DNA of 27,984 nucleotides, from assembly GCA_031425655.1 (NCBI GenBank), contig JANPJS010000056.1, forward strand, positions 1 to 27,984, read 5' to 3'. The notes under the pieces were generated by a model. The model was not told the DNA's origin. It searched no databases and saw only the letters and a program-made list of their open reading frames with translations. The translations under genes and the position numbers were made by a program. This DNA is from Abditibacteriaceae bacterium (GTDB taxonomy: Bacteria > Armatimonadota > Abditibacteriia > Abditibacteriales > Abditibacteriaceae). This document shows, piece by piece, positions 1 to 8,363 of this stretch; positions within the stretch are counted from its first letter, which is position 1, and every line of letters starts with the position of its first letter.

Positions 1-9
1 CAAAACTCT

Positions 10-1401
10 TTATTCCGGTTCGGCGCTGCCTTCTAAAATCAGACCGCGCGTGGCTGGGAACTTTTGATACCAGAGCGCCAAAACTTCGCGCAGATGATCG
101 GCGTAGCGAAAATGGGCGCCGGTGCCGGTGCGAAGTTCGGCTTCGTAGATGAATTTATCCGCTGTGGTCGTGTGTTCAAATGGGAATTGTGTTCCCAAAG
201 CCAGCCAATAAACGTAACTCGGCTCACCATCGCGCAACAATTCCAGCGCGCGACGGCTGGCGCGGCGTCCGATTTCGCTGAGTGTCGCCAATGACTCGCG
301 CGCCATTGTTTCGCTTGACGGGCATTCTTCTATCGCGCTGTAAAAGCCTTGCGGCACCAGCGGACAAAACTTGGTGCCGGTGCGATGGCGATTCAAATCG
401 CGGATTTCTGCGAAAGCCACGGCCTGCCAGCCAAAACGCACCGCTGTCCGGCGCAATTGCGCGCCAATCCACGCATAACGGTTGTCGTGAAACGCTAAAT
501 CTTCGGCAAAATCGCTTTCGCTCGCGCCGGGCGGCAGCATCACTTCGAGTTTTGCGTTGGGCGCGGCTTCGCTGATTTTTGCGACCTTTTCGGCTAAACG
601 GCGCGTTTGCGCTGCTTCGGCGGCGAGGCCGCTTCCTATCGAATCGCGCGCCACGGCGTGTTTAAGCAAGCGCGGCGCGGCTAATTGCAGTTCAGCGCGA
701 ATCATTTCGCCGAGTTTTTGCGCTTCGGGCAGCGATTGCGACAGCAAATGCTGGCACAAATTCACCCACGCGCGGGCCGACATCACCAACATCATATTTG
801 TCGCCACCGCGACCGGCAGAAAATTACGCGCGCGGTCGAATCCGTAATTGCGTCTCATGCGCGCGATGGCTTTGCGGGCTTTCTCCGAATCGTCGTTCAA
901 CAGCGAAGACGGAATGCGCGCCACGCTCGCATCGCGCGCGGCGATGCCTTCCCAGATTGAAACGGCGCTTTCATAGGCCGCAAACGAATCGTCAATCAGC
1001 GATTTCCATTCGTCGCGCAGATTTTCGGGAATTCCAAGTGCGTCCGGCGCGATCACATTGTCGCTGGCCAGGCGAATGTAACGCGTTGAGGATTCCTGTC
1101 CGCCCGCCGTCGGGCACAGCGTCCAAACGTAGTAGGCCAGCCATTGCGACACGCCGTCCATGAACATCGCCACAGGCGCCATGTCGGCGATACTTTGGTG
1201 CCCGTAATCCACCATGCGAAAGATCGAATCCACCGATTTATCGAGATTTCCGGGATCAATCTTCGATAGAATGGACTGAAGCCCTTCGTTGTTGCGCGAA
1301 TACCGCGCGCCACTGGCAGCGAGCAATTCCGGCGTGAGAGAAGGCCGTCCGGCGGCTTCGGAGGCCGGAGTCGGACGCAGGGCAACCTGAGTAACTTGCA
1401 T
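10..1401 (-). CDS. thyX: FAD-dependent thymidylate synthase-like protein (long, tandem-domain ThyX type)
   Basis: YGHQSIAD, QESSTRY and RDLNRHR motifs. About 460 aa, roughly twice a single ThyX domain. Start set at ATG 1401 because the first 20 codons of the 1461 ORF run through a heptamer repeat. Confidence 0.75.
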   Translation of the reverse strand: MQVTQVALRPTPASEAAGRPSLTPELLAASGARYSRNNEGLQSILSKIDPGNLDKSVDSIFRMVDYGHQSIADMAPVAMFMDGVSQWLAYYVWTLCPTAGGQESSTRYIRLASDNVIAPDALGIPENLRDEWKSLIDDSFAAYESAVSIWEGIAARDASVARIPSSLLNDDSEKARKAIARMRRNYGFDRARNFLPVAVATNMMLVMSARAWVNLCQHLLSQSLPEAQKLGEMIRAELQLAAPRLLKHAVARDSIGSGLAAEAAQTRRLAEKVAKISEAAPNAKLEVMLPPGASESDFAEDLAFHDNRYAWIGAQLRRTAVRFGWQAVAFAEIRDLNRHRTGTKFCPLVPQGFYSAIEECPSSETMARESLATLSEIGRRASRRALELLRDGEPSYVYWLALGTQFPFEHTTTADKFIYEAELRTGTGAHFRYADHLREVLALWYQKFPATRGLILEGSAEPE

Positions 1402-1403
1402 AG

Positions 1404-1511
1404 TAGGTTTTGGGTGCTGGGTTTTGGGTGCTGGAAATAGCCGTCTGATTGAGGCTACCAAGCATCATTTTTGCGGACAACACCCCAAAGCCCTAAACCC
1501 TAAACCCTAAA
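1404..1511. repeat. Inverted pair of short heptamer tandem arrays
   Basis: Left arm ggttttg/ggtgctg units (1404-1434); right arm caacacc/ccctaaa units (1478-1511). Confidence 0.75.
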
Positions 1512-2438
1512 ATGCCCGCCCTTCTGCAAATTTCCTACGGCGTGATCCTGCCGATATTCTTGTTAATCGGTGTCGGCTACGCGGTGCAAAAGCGCCTCGG
1601 CTTCGATTTGAAAACGCTGACGCGCCTCAATTTCTGGATTTTCGTGCCGGCCTTTCTGTTCGTGCGAATCTACGGCTCGGAACTGTCGGGCGCCGAGGTT
1701 CTGCGCATCTTTTTTCATTTTGCGCTGCTTTTTTGCGCGCAATTCGCTATCGGATGGTATTTGTCGCCGCTTTTTGGCGCCGGCGACCGTCTGCGCCGCG
1801 CCATGACGGCTTCGATTTTGTTTTACAATTCGGGCAACTACGGCATTCCCGCCGCGAAATTGGCATTCGGCGGCGTCGGCGAGCAGGTTCAGGCCATGAT
1901 TATCATGTTCCAGAACATCAGCAATTTCACGATTGGCCTCGGTTTGCACGCGGGCGGGCGCGAAGGCGGCGACTGGAAAAAAACGCTGACCGCCATTTTT
2001 CATCTGCCGATGGTTTACACGCTGGTTGTCGCGTGGATTTGGCGACTCAGCGGCCAGCCTTTGCCCGGCCCGCTGGAACACGCGCTCAATTGGCTGGCCG
2101 ACGGTTTGGTGCCGATTGCTCTTGTCACATTGGGCGCGCAAATGGCTTCGCTCAAATCGCACAGCATCGGCCTGCCGCTTTTTGCGGCGCTGTTTTTGCG
2201 ATTGTGCATCGGCCCGGCGCTCGGCTTCGTTTTCGTGCTTTTGCTCGGCTTCAAAGGCGATTTGGCGCAGGCGATTGTGGTTTCGACAAGTTTCCCGACC
2301 GCCGTCAATTCGGCGCTTTTGGCGATGGAATACGACAACGAACCCGATTTCGCCGCCGCCGTGGTGTTTTACTCAACGCTGGTTTCCGCCGTCACTGTTT
2401 CCGTCGTGATTTATCTTGTGAAGCACTTTATGGTTTAA
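1512..2438 (+). CDS. AEC (auxin efflux carrier/malate permease) family transporter
   Basis: 308 aa with ~10 TM segments; ILPIFLLIGVGY, FYNSGNYGIP, SFPTAVNS and AAAVVFYSTLVS motifs. Confidence 0.9.
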   Translation: MPALLQISYGVILPIFLLIGVGYAVQKRLGFDLKTLTRLNFWIFVPAFLFVRIYGSELSGAEVLRIFFHFALLFCAQFAIGWYLSPLFGAGDRLRRAMTASILFYNSGNYGIPAAKLAFGGVGEQVQAMIIMFQNISNFTIGLGLHAGGREGGDWKKTLTAIFHLPMVYTLVVAWIWRLSGQPLPGPLEHALNWLADGLVPIALVTLGAQMASLKSHSIGLPLFAALFLRLCIGPALGFVFVLLLGFKGDLAQAIVVSTSFPTAVNSALLAMEYDNEPDFAAAVVFYSTLVSAVTVSVVIYLVKHFMV

Positions 2439-2552
2439 ATGGAACACGGAGCCTTCGGCTACACGGAAACGACACGGATTTTCACGGATTTCTTTTCGGA
2501 TTGACCAGTGAAAATCCCCGCCGTTTCCGTGTATGAAATCCGTGTTCCATTT
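2437..2552. repeat. ACACGGA-type inverted-repeat element
   Basis: aaatggaacacgga (2437-2450) is the exact reverse complement of tccgtgttccattt (2539-2552). Several internal (a)cacgga / tccgtgt units. Confidence 0.85.
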
Positions 2553-2564
2553 GAAAGTAACGAC

Positions 2565-3044
2565 ATGAATCAAACTTTGCTCGAAGCCGTAATCATCATG
2601 GCGGTCGGCTTTATCGGCTGCTTTTTGCCGCTTTTGCCCGGCCCGCCGATTGTCTGGCTGGGCGCGCTTTATTACGGATGGAAGACCGATTACGCCGAGT
2701 TCGGCTGGCCCACGCTGCTTTTGATGCTGCTTTTCGCACTTGTCGGCAGCACGGCGGATTTGTGGATGAGCTACTTCGGCGCGCGAAAAAGCGGCGCCTC
2801 GCCGTGGACTTCCTTCGCCGCCATGCTCGGCGGCGCCGTCGGCCTCATGGTTCTCTCGCTGCCCGGCCTGATTATCGGCTCGTTCGCCGCCATTGCCGCC
2901 GTCGAATACGGGCGCCACAAAGACTGGAACAAAGTCGCGCGGGCCGGCGCGGGCTATCTCGCGGGCTATTTGCTTTCGATGGTGGTGGAGATTTTGGTGT
3001 GCGCGGTGATAATCGGAATCTTCGTCGCGGCGGTGGCTTTTTGA
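2565..3044 (+). CDS. DUF456 family membrane protein
   Basis: GCFLPLLPGPPIVW, GARKSGAS and GLIIGSFAAIAAVEY patterns. Start moved to ATG 2565, past the repeat element. Confidence 0.85.
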   Translation: MNQTLLEAVIIMAVGFIGCFLPLLPGPPIVWLGALYYGWKTDYAEFGWPTLLLMLLFALVGSTADLWMSYFGARKSGASPWTSFAAMLGGAVGLMVLSLPGLIIGSFAAIAAVEYGRHKDWNKVARAGAGYLAGYLLSMVVEILVCAVIIGIFVAAVAF

Positions 3045-3118
3045 CGAGTAAAATTCCTTGTGCCAACTTTCACAAGCGGCTAAAATGAAAAGCTGAAACG
3101 AAGCGAAAGACCTGTTTT

Positions 3119-3715
3119 ATGGCCAATCATATTAGCGATTCGGTGACCGGGCCAAACCCGACGATGGCGAGCGTGCCGATTGAAAGCAGCGGCGCCGCCA
3201 AATACCAAATCCCCGCGCAAGCCGAAACATCCGTTGCCAAACTTCAAGAGCAATTCGCTGACATTGCCTTTGAAGTCGTGCGCTTCCGCGATGAAATCAC
3301 GCTTTTCGTGCCGCGCGAACGCATCGCCGAAGTGTGCCAATGGTGCAAAAGCGAACTGAAATACAATTATCTCAGCGATCTGACCGGCAACGATTGGCCG
3401 AACCGCGATCCGCGCTTCGAGGTGATTTATCATCTGTATTCGATGGAGCATTTCACGCGTTTGCGCCTGAAAGTGCGCGTTCCTGAAGACGAATGTCATT
3501 GTCCAACCGTCACCGGCGTGTGGGCGACGGCCAACTGGCACGAACGCGAAGTTTTCGACTTGTTCGGCGTGGTCTTTGAAGGCCATCCCGATCTCAGGCG
3601 CATTTTGCTGCCCGAAGAATGGGAAGGCCATCCGCTGCGCCAGGATTACGAAATCGGTTGGGAAGAGCCGGAATTTACGGTTCGCAAAATCAAACGCGAT
3701 TATGCGACAAGCTGA
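3119..3715 (+). CDS. nuoC: NADH-quinone oxidoreductase subunit C
   Basis: ANWHEREVFDLFGVVFEGHPDLRRILLPEEWEGHPLR signature. Confidence 0.97.
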   Translation: MANHISDSVTGPNPTMASVPIESSGAAKYQIPAQAETSVAKLQEQFADIAFEVVRFRDEITLFVPRERIAEVCQWCKSELKYNYLSDLTGNDWPNRDPRFEVIYHLYSMEHFTRLRLKVRVPEDECHCPTVTGVWATANWHEREVFDLFGVVFEGHPDLRRILLPEEWEGHPLRQDYEIGWEEPEFTVRKIKRDYATS

Positions 3716-3718
3716 CTT

Positions 3719-3830
3719 TTTACCGCAAAGGACGCGGAGGGCGCAGAGAAGAAAAAGAGATTTTTCGAGCGTTGGGCTTATCATAATCAATCTCAAAACT
3801 CTCTGCGCCCTCCGCGTCCTCTGCGGTGAA
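3719..3830. repeat. CACCGCAGAG/CGCGGAG family inverted-repeat element, copy 1
   Basis: tttaccgcaaaggacgcggagggcgcagaga pairs with tctctgcgccctccgcgtcctctgcggtgaa around an AT-rich spacer. Confidence 0.9.
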
Positions 3831-3843
3831 TTTCTGAAACATC

Positions 3844-5187
3844 ATGTTGGGAATCAAACCAAAGCGGCCTGATCCGTCGAAAATTTTTGATAACAAGCGC
3901 GCCGATATGGCGCCGATTGAGGCCTTGCAGCGCCGCACGCGGCAGGAAGAGGCCATCGAACGCGGCGGGCAGTTGGCGTCGGGCGTTTCTATCGAGCGTT
4001 TGCCGTCGCAAAGCGGCGAATCCGAGCGCATGATCATTAATATGGGGCCGCAGCATCCGTCCACGCACGGAGTTTTGCGCCTTGTGCTCGAACTCGACGG
4101 CGAGATCATCGTGCGCGCGGAACCGGTCATCGGTTATCTGCACACCGGCATGGAAAAGACCATGCAAAGCAAGTCGTATCAGCAAGCTATCGTCGTGACG
4201 GATCGCTTCGATTACACCAATTCGATGGGCAATAATTTGGTTTATTGCCTCGCTGTCGAAAAACTATTGGGCGCCGAAGTTCCGCCGCGTGCGCAGGTGC
4301 TTCGCGTGATTTGCGCCGAATTGAACCGTCTGGCGGCGCACATGGTTTGGGTCGGCACGCACGCGCTCGATTTGGGCGCGATGACGGTGCTTTTTTACGC
4401 TTTCCGCGAGCGCGAAATGATTCTCGATATGTTCGACACGCTGTGCGGCGCGCGTCTGACCTATTCATATTTGCGCGTTGGCGGCGTTGTCGCCGATGCG
4501 CCGCCGGAGTTTTTGACGCAGCTCGAAGCGTTTTGCAAGATTATTGACGAGCGCATCGAAGAATACGCTTATTTGCTGGAAGGCAACGAGATTTTCCAGT
4601 CGCGCACGATGGGCATCGGCTATATGTCGAAGGAAGATATCATTGATATGGGCCTAAGCGGGCCTTTGTCGCGCGCGGCGGGCATTGATTGGGACGTTCG
4701 CAAAGCCGAGCCGTATTCGGGCTACGAAAACTACGATTTCGAGGTGCCGATTGGCGTGAATTCCGACGTTTACGACCGCTTTTTGGTGCGCGTCGAAGAA
4801 ATGCGCCAAAGCGCGCAGATAATTAAGCAGGCGTTAGCGAACCTGCCCGCCGGCCCGACACGCTGCGGGGACCGCAAAATCAGTCTGCCGCCGCGCGAAG
4901 AGCTTGCGAATTCGATGGAAGCCGTGATTCACCATTTCAAGCTCATCACGGAAGGTTTTCATCCGCCGGTGAATCAGGAAGTTTACGTGGCGTGCGAGGC
5001 GCCCAAGGGTGAAATCGCCTTTTACATCGCCAGCGACGGCAGCAACAAGCCGTATCGCTGCCATCTGCGCGGGCCGAGCTTCGTGAATTTGCAAGGCTTG
5101 CCGAAAATGATCGAAGGCCAGCTTATCGCCGACGCCGTAGCGATTATCGGCTCGATTGACATCGTTTTGGGCGAGGTAGACAGATAG
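3844..5187 (+). CDS. nuoD: NADH-quinone oxidoreductase subunit D
   Basis: NMGPQHPSTHGVLRL, GYLHTGMEK and C-terminal GSIDIVLGEVDR. Exact start is uncertain because of an N-terminal extension. Confidence 0.97.
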   Translation: MLGIKPKRPDPSKIFDNKRADMAPIEALQRRTRQEEAIERGGQLASGVSIERLPSQSGESERMIINMGPQHPSTHGVLRLVLELDGEIIVRAEPVIGYLHTGMEKTMQSKSYQQAIVVTDRFDYTNSMGNNLVYCLAVEKLLGAEVPPRAQVLRVICAELNRLAAHMVWVGTHALDLGAMTVLFYAFREREMILDMFDTLCGARLTYSYLRVGGVVADAPPEFLTQLEAFCKIIDERIEEYAYLLEGNEIFQSRTMGIGYMSKEDIIDMGLSGPLSRAAGIDWDVRKAEPYSGYENYDFEVPIGVNSDVYDRFLVRVEEMRQSAQIIKQALANLPAGPTRCGDRKISLPPREELANSMEAVIHHFKLITEGFHPPVNQEVYVACEAPKGEIAFYIASDGSNKPYRCHLRGPSFVNLQGLPKMIEGQLIADAVAIIGSIDIVLGEVDR

Positions 5188-5190
5188 ATA

Positions 5191-5254
5191 GGTTCTGGGG
5201 GCTGGGGGTTAGGGGCTGAAAATTACCAGAACCCAAAACCCATCACCCAACACC
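5191..5254. repeat. Inverted heptamer arrays (ggggctg/ggggtta ... cccaaaa/cccatca/cccaaca)
   Basis: Same class as 1404-1511; lies between nuoD and nuoE. Confidence 0.7.
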
Positions 5255-5269
5255 GGAGCGAAGCGACTT

Positions 5270-5905
5270 ATGTTAAGCAACGCGGCGATTGACCGCATTC
5301 AACAACTCGTTAAGGAATATCCGAACAGCAAGTCGGCGCTGGTGCCGGCGCTTTTTGTGGCGCAGCGCGACAACGGCGGCTGGCTGTCGCGCGAAGCGAT
5401 GGTCGAAGTTTCGGAAGAGTTAAGCTTGCCCGAATCGCACGTTTTCGGCGTGGCGACGTTTTATTCGATGTTCTATTTCGAGCCGATGGGCAAAAATATC
5501 GTGCAGGTTTGCGGCACCTCGCCGTGCCGTTTGCGCGGCGCAGCCGAAGCGATTGACTGCTTTAAGCACAAACTCGGCGTCGAAGTCGGACAAACGACCG
5601 AAGACGGCTTGTTTACGTTGCAGGAAGTCGAATGTCTGGCCGCCTGCCACTTGGCGCCGATGGCTCAGATCAATGAAGACTACTTTTTCAACCTGACCGA
5701 TGAGCGCATCGAAGACATTCTAAGTTTCCTGCGACGCGGCGAAAAGCCGCCGTATGCCGAGTTCGCGCAAACGTGGGGCAACGCGCACCCGATTACGTTC
5801 AGCGACGCCGAACTCGCGCATGATGTCTCGCATTTGACGCTTGCCGAACCGATTCAGAAGAAGGAAAAACCCGCCGAAGTGCCCGCCGAACCCGCCAAAG
5901 CATAA
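5270..5905 (+). CDS. nuoE: NADH-quinone oxidoreductase subunit E
   Basis: VATFYSMF, VCGTSPC and VECLAAC (2Fe-2S N1a ligands). Confidence 0.95.
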   Translation: MLSNAAIDRIQQLVKEYPNSKSALVPALFVAQRDNGGWLSREAMVEVSEELSLPESHVFGVATFYSMFYFEPMGKNIVQVCGTSPCRLRGAAEAIDCFKHKLGVEVGQTTEDGLFTLQEVECLAACHLAPMAQINEDYFFNLTDERIEDILSFLRRGEKPPYAEFAQTWGNAHPITFSDAELAHDVSHLTLAEPIQKKEKPAEVPAEPAKA

Positions 5906-5910
5906 ATTCG

Positions 5911-6576
5911 ATGGCTACCGCAACGCGAAACCAAACCAAAAGCACCAACGGCCATTCGCAGGAATCGTCGCCGGTTTTGTCGCGCGCGGTGCAGTCGCCG
6001 AAGCGTTTAGCTCAGCCGCAACCGGTGCGCTGGACTTATGAGCAGTATCAAAAGATGACTGAGCTTGGTTGGTTCGACGGACGGCGGGTTGAGTTAATCG
6101 GAGGGGAGATTATCGAAATGGCGTCCATGCTTCATCCGCATTGGTTGGCCGGAGAAAAGGTGGAGGATGCGCTACGCGCCATCTTCGGCGTGGGCTATCG
6201 CGTTATTGTCCAAAAGCCTTTGCCACTTCTCAAGAGCTTCGCTCCTGAACCCGATATCGCCATCATTCGCGGCGCGTTGTCCGATTTCGCGGAAGGTTTT
6301 CCGGCAACGGCTCTTTTAGTAGTAGAAATTTCCGACACCACGCTTCGCCTTGACCGCACCGACAAAGCCAGCCTTTACGCGGCGGCGGGCATCGAAGAGT
6401 ATTGGATTGTGAATCTCAAAGCGCGGCAACTGGAAGTGCATCGCACGCCAACCGAACAAGCGAAAGCGAAATTCGGCTGGATTTATCAAGATAAAAATGA
6501 GTTCAAAGCCGAAGACAGTGTGTCGCCTTTGGCGGCGCCCGAAGCGAACATCAAAATCGCCGACTTGCTGCCGTAA
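5911..6576 (+). CDS. Uma2 (DUF820) family putative PD-(D/E)xK endonuclease
   Basis: [28 protein letters not shown] and [18 protein letters not shown] motifs. Confidence 0.93.
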   Translation: MATATRNQTKSTNGHSQESSPVLSRAVQSPKRLAQPQPVRWTYEQYQKMTELGWFDGRRVELIGGEIIEMASMLHPHWLAGEKVEDALRAIFGVGYRVIVQKPLPLLKSFAPEPDIAIIRGALSDFAEGFPATALLVVEISDTTLRLDRTDKASLYAAAGIEEYWIVNLKARQLEVHRTPTEQAKAKFGWIYQDKNEFKAEDSVSPLAAPEANIKIADLLP

Positions 6577-6583
6577 AACTATC

Positions 6584-7888
6584 ATGGCCTACGAAGATCA
6601 ACCGAAAATCATTCATAAACTGCTGAATGTGCCCGATATTCACCGTATCGAGGTGTATGAAGAACACGGTGGCTATTCGTCGCTGCGCAAGGCATTGGAA
6701 ACGCTTTCGCCGGACGACGTTTTGAACGAAGTCAAGACGAGCGGCCTGCGCGGACGCGGCGGCGCAGGCTTTCCGACCGGCATGAAGTGGAGCTTCATGC
6801 CCAAGCCGATTTCGCCGAAATACCTCGTCTGCAACGCCGACGAAAGCGAGCCGGGCACTTTTTCCAACCGCGACATTCTTAATCAGCATCCGCACATTTT
6901 GCTCGAAGGCTTTCTGATTTCGTGCTACGCGATTGGCTGCACACACGGCTACATTTACATTCGCGGCGAGTTTTTCAAAGGCTACGAAGTGATGCGCCGC
7001 GCTTTGGCTGAAGCGAGGGCGCGCGGTTACATCGGCAAGAATATTCTTGGTAGCGGCTTCGATTGCGAAATCACGCTGCATACAGGTGCGGGAGCTTATA
7101 TCTGCGGCGAGGAAACCGCGCTTTTGTCGTCATTGGAAGGCGACCGGGGCCAACCGCGCCTCAAGCCGCCGTTTCCCGCCGTCGCCGGACTTTACGCCAA
7201 GCCGACCAGCGTCAATAACGTGGAAACTTTGGCCAATGTGCCGTTTATCATCGGCGAAGGCGCGGCGGAGTTTCGCAAATTCGGCACGGACAAATCGCCG
7301 GGCATGAAAATCATGAGCGTGTCGGGCCACGTCAACAAGCCGGGCAACTATGAAATGCCGCTGGGCACGCCGATTCGCGAAATTATCGAAACGGCGGGCG
7401 GAATGCGCGGCGGCAAAGCGGTCAAAGGCTTTTTCCCCGGCGGCAGTTCGACGCCGATGTTGACGCCCGATTATCTCGACACGCCGATGGATTTCGAGAG
7501 CATCACGGCGGCGGGCAGCTTGCTTGGAACCGCTGCGCTTATCGTTTTCGACGAAGATACCGACATTGTGGCCGTGACGCATCGGCTTTTGCAGTTTTAC
7601 AAGCACGAATCGTGCGGTAAATGCACGCCGTGCCGCGAAGGCAACGATTGGCTGGTTCGCATTTTAGACCGCCTCAATCGCAGCAAAGGCAAAGACGGCG
7701 ACGCCGATGTGCTGATAGACATGGCTTCGCAAATTGCCGGACGTTCGTTTTGCCCATTGGGTGACGCCGCTGCCACGCCGGTTTTATCGGGCATCAAACG
7801 ATTTCGCGACGACTTTGAAAAGCGCATCACCAACCCGGATGAAGCACCGATTTTCATCCCAACCGAGAAGATTTTCGGACATCATTGA
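6584..7888 (+). CDS. nuoF: NADH-quinone oxidoreductase subunit F
   Basis: [33 protein letters not shown] and [12 protein letters not shown]...CPLG. Start set at ATG 6584, after the Uma2 stop. Confidence 0.97.
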   Translation: MAYEDQPKIIHKLLNVPDIHRIEVYEEHGGYSSLRKALETLSPDDVLNEVKTSGLRGRGGAGFPTGMKWSFMPKPISPKYLVCNADESEPGTFSNRDILNQHPHILLEGFLISCYAIGCTHGYIYIRGEFFKGYEVMRRALAEARARGYIGKNILGSGFDCEITLHTGAGAYICGEETALLSSLEGDRGQPRLKPPFPAVAGLYAKPTSVNNVETLANVPFIIGEGAAEFRKFGTDKSPGMKIMSVSGHVNKPGNYEMPLGTPIREIIETAGGMRGGKAVKGFFPGGSSTPMLTPDYLDTPMDFESITAAGSLLGTAALIVFDEDTDIVAVTHRLLQFYKHESCGKCTPCREGNDWLVRILDRLNRSKGKDGDADVLIDMASQIAGRSFCPLGDAAATPVLSGIKRFRDDFEKRITNPDEAPIFIPTEKIFGHH

Positions 7889-7891
7889 TGT

Positions 7892-8012
7892 CCCCGATTG
7901 AAATCGGGGTCTAAAATTACAAAGTCGCCTGCCCAGAGGGCACCCGGCGCGGACTCATCATTAAGCCGGCGAAGGCCGGCTTCGTAAACAGAGACCCCGA
8001 TTTCAATCGGGG
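7892..8012. repeat. REP-doublet-like element
   Basis: 21-bp perfect inverted repeat ccccgattgaaatcggggtct (7892-7912) / agaccccgatttcaatcgggg (7992-8012). Each arm is itself palindromic, and there is an internal hairpin aagccggcgaaggccggctt. Confidence 0.85.
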
Positions 8013-8027
8013 GAGAAAGGAACAACC

Positions 8028-8270
8028 ATGACTTATGTAATTGCCGAGCCGTGCATTGGAGTAAAAGACAAGGCCTGCGTCGAGGTCTGCCCGGTGGATT
8101 GCATCCACGGCAAAGACGAAGACCCGCAGCTTTACATCAACCCGCAGGAGTGCATTGACTGCGGCGCCTGCGAGCCGGAATGCCCGGTCGAAGCCATCTT
8201 CGAGGAAAGCGCGCTGCCCGCCGAGTGGAAGCAATACACCGAGATGAACGCCAAGTATTTTGAGGGATGA
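8028..8270 (+). CDS. Dicluster ferredoxin, probably 7Fe ([3Fe-4S]+[4Fe-4S]) type
   Basis: MTYVIAEPCIGVKDKACVEVCPVDC and CIDCGACEPECP; AAAGGA ribosome-binding site. Confidence 0.93.
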   Translation: MTYVIAEPCIGVKDKACVEVCPVDCIHGKDEDPQLYINPQECIDCGACEPECPVEAIFEESALPAEWKQYTEMNAKYFEG

Positions 8271-8349
8271 GGGATGAAGGATGAGGGATGAAAAGTGCGC
8301 TTCGCGCCAAAGTCGTTTTTTCATCCCTCATCCCTCCGCCTTCATCCCT
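8263..8349. repeat. Inverted heptamer arrays (GGGATGA / TCATCCC)
   Basis: gggatga gggatga aggatga gggatga ... tcatccc tcatccc tccgcct tcatccc. Confidence 0.85.
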
Positions 8350-8363
8350 CCCCGAAGGGTTTT

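Noticed and set aside
1491..1511. (CCCTAAA)3, identical to the plant telomere repeat
   Set aside because: Only three units, forming one arm of a local bacterial heptamer inverted repeat related to 5191-5254. It is not telomeric DNA or contamination.
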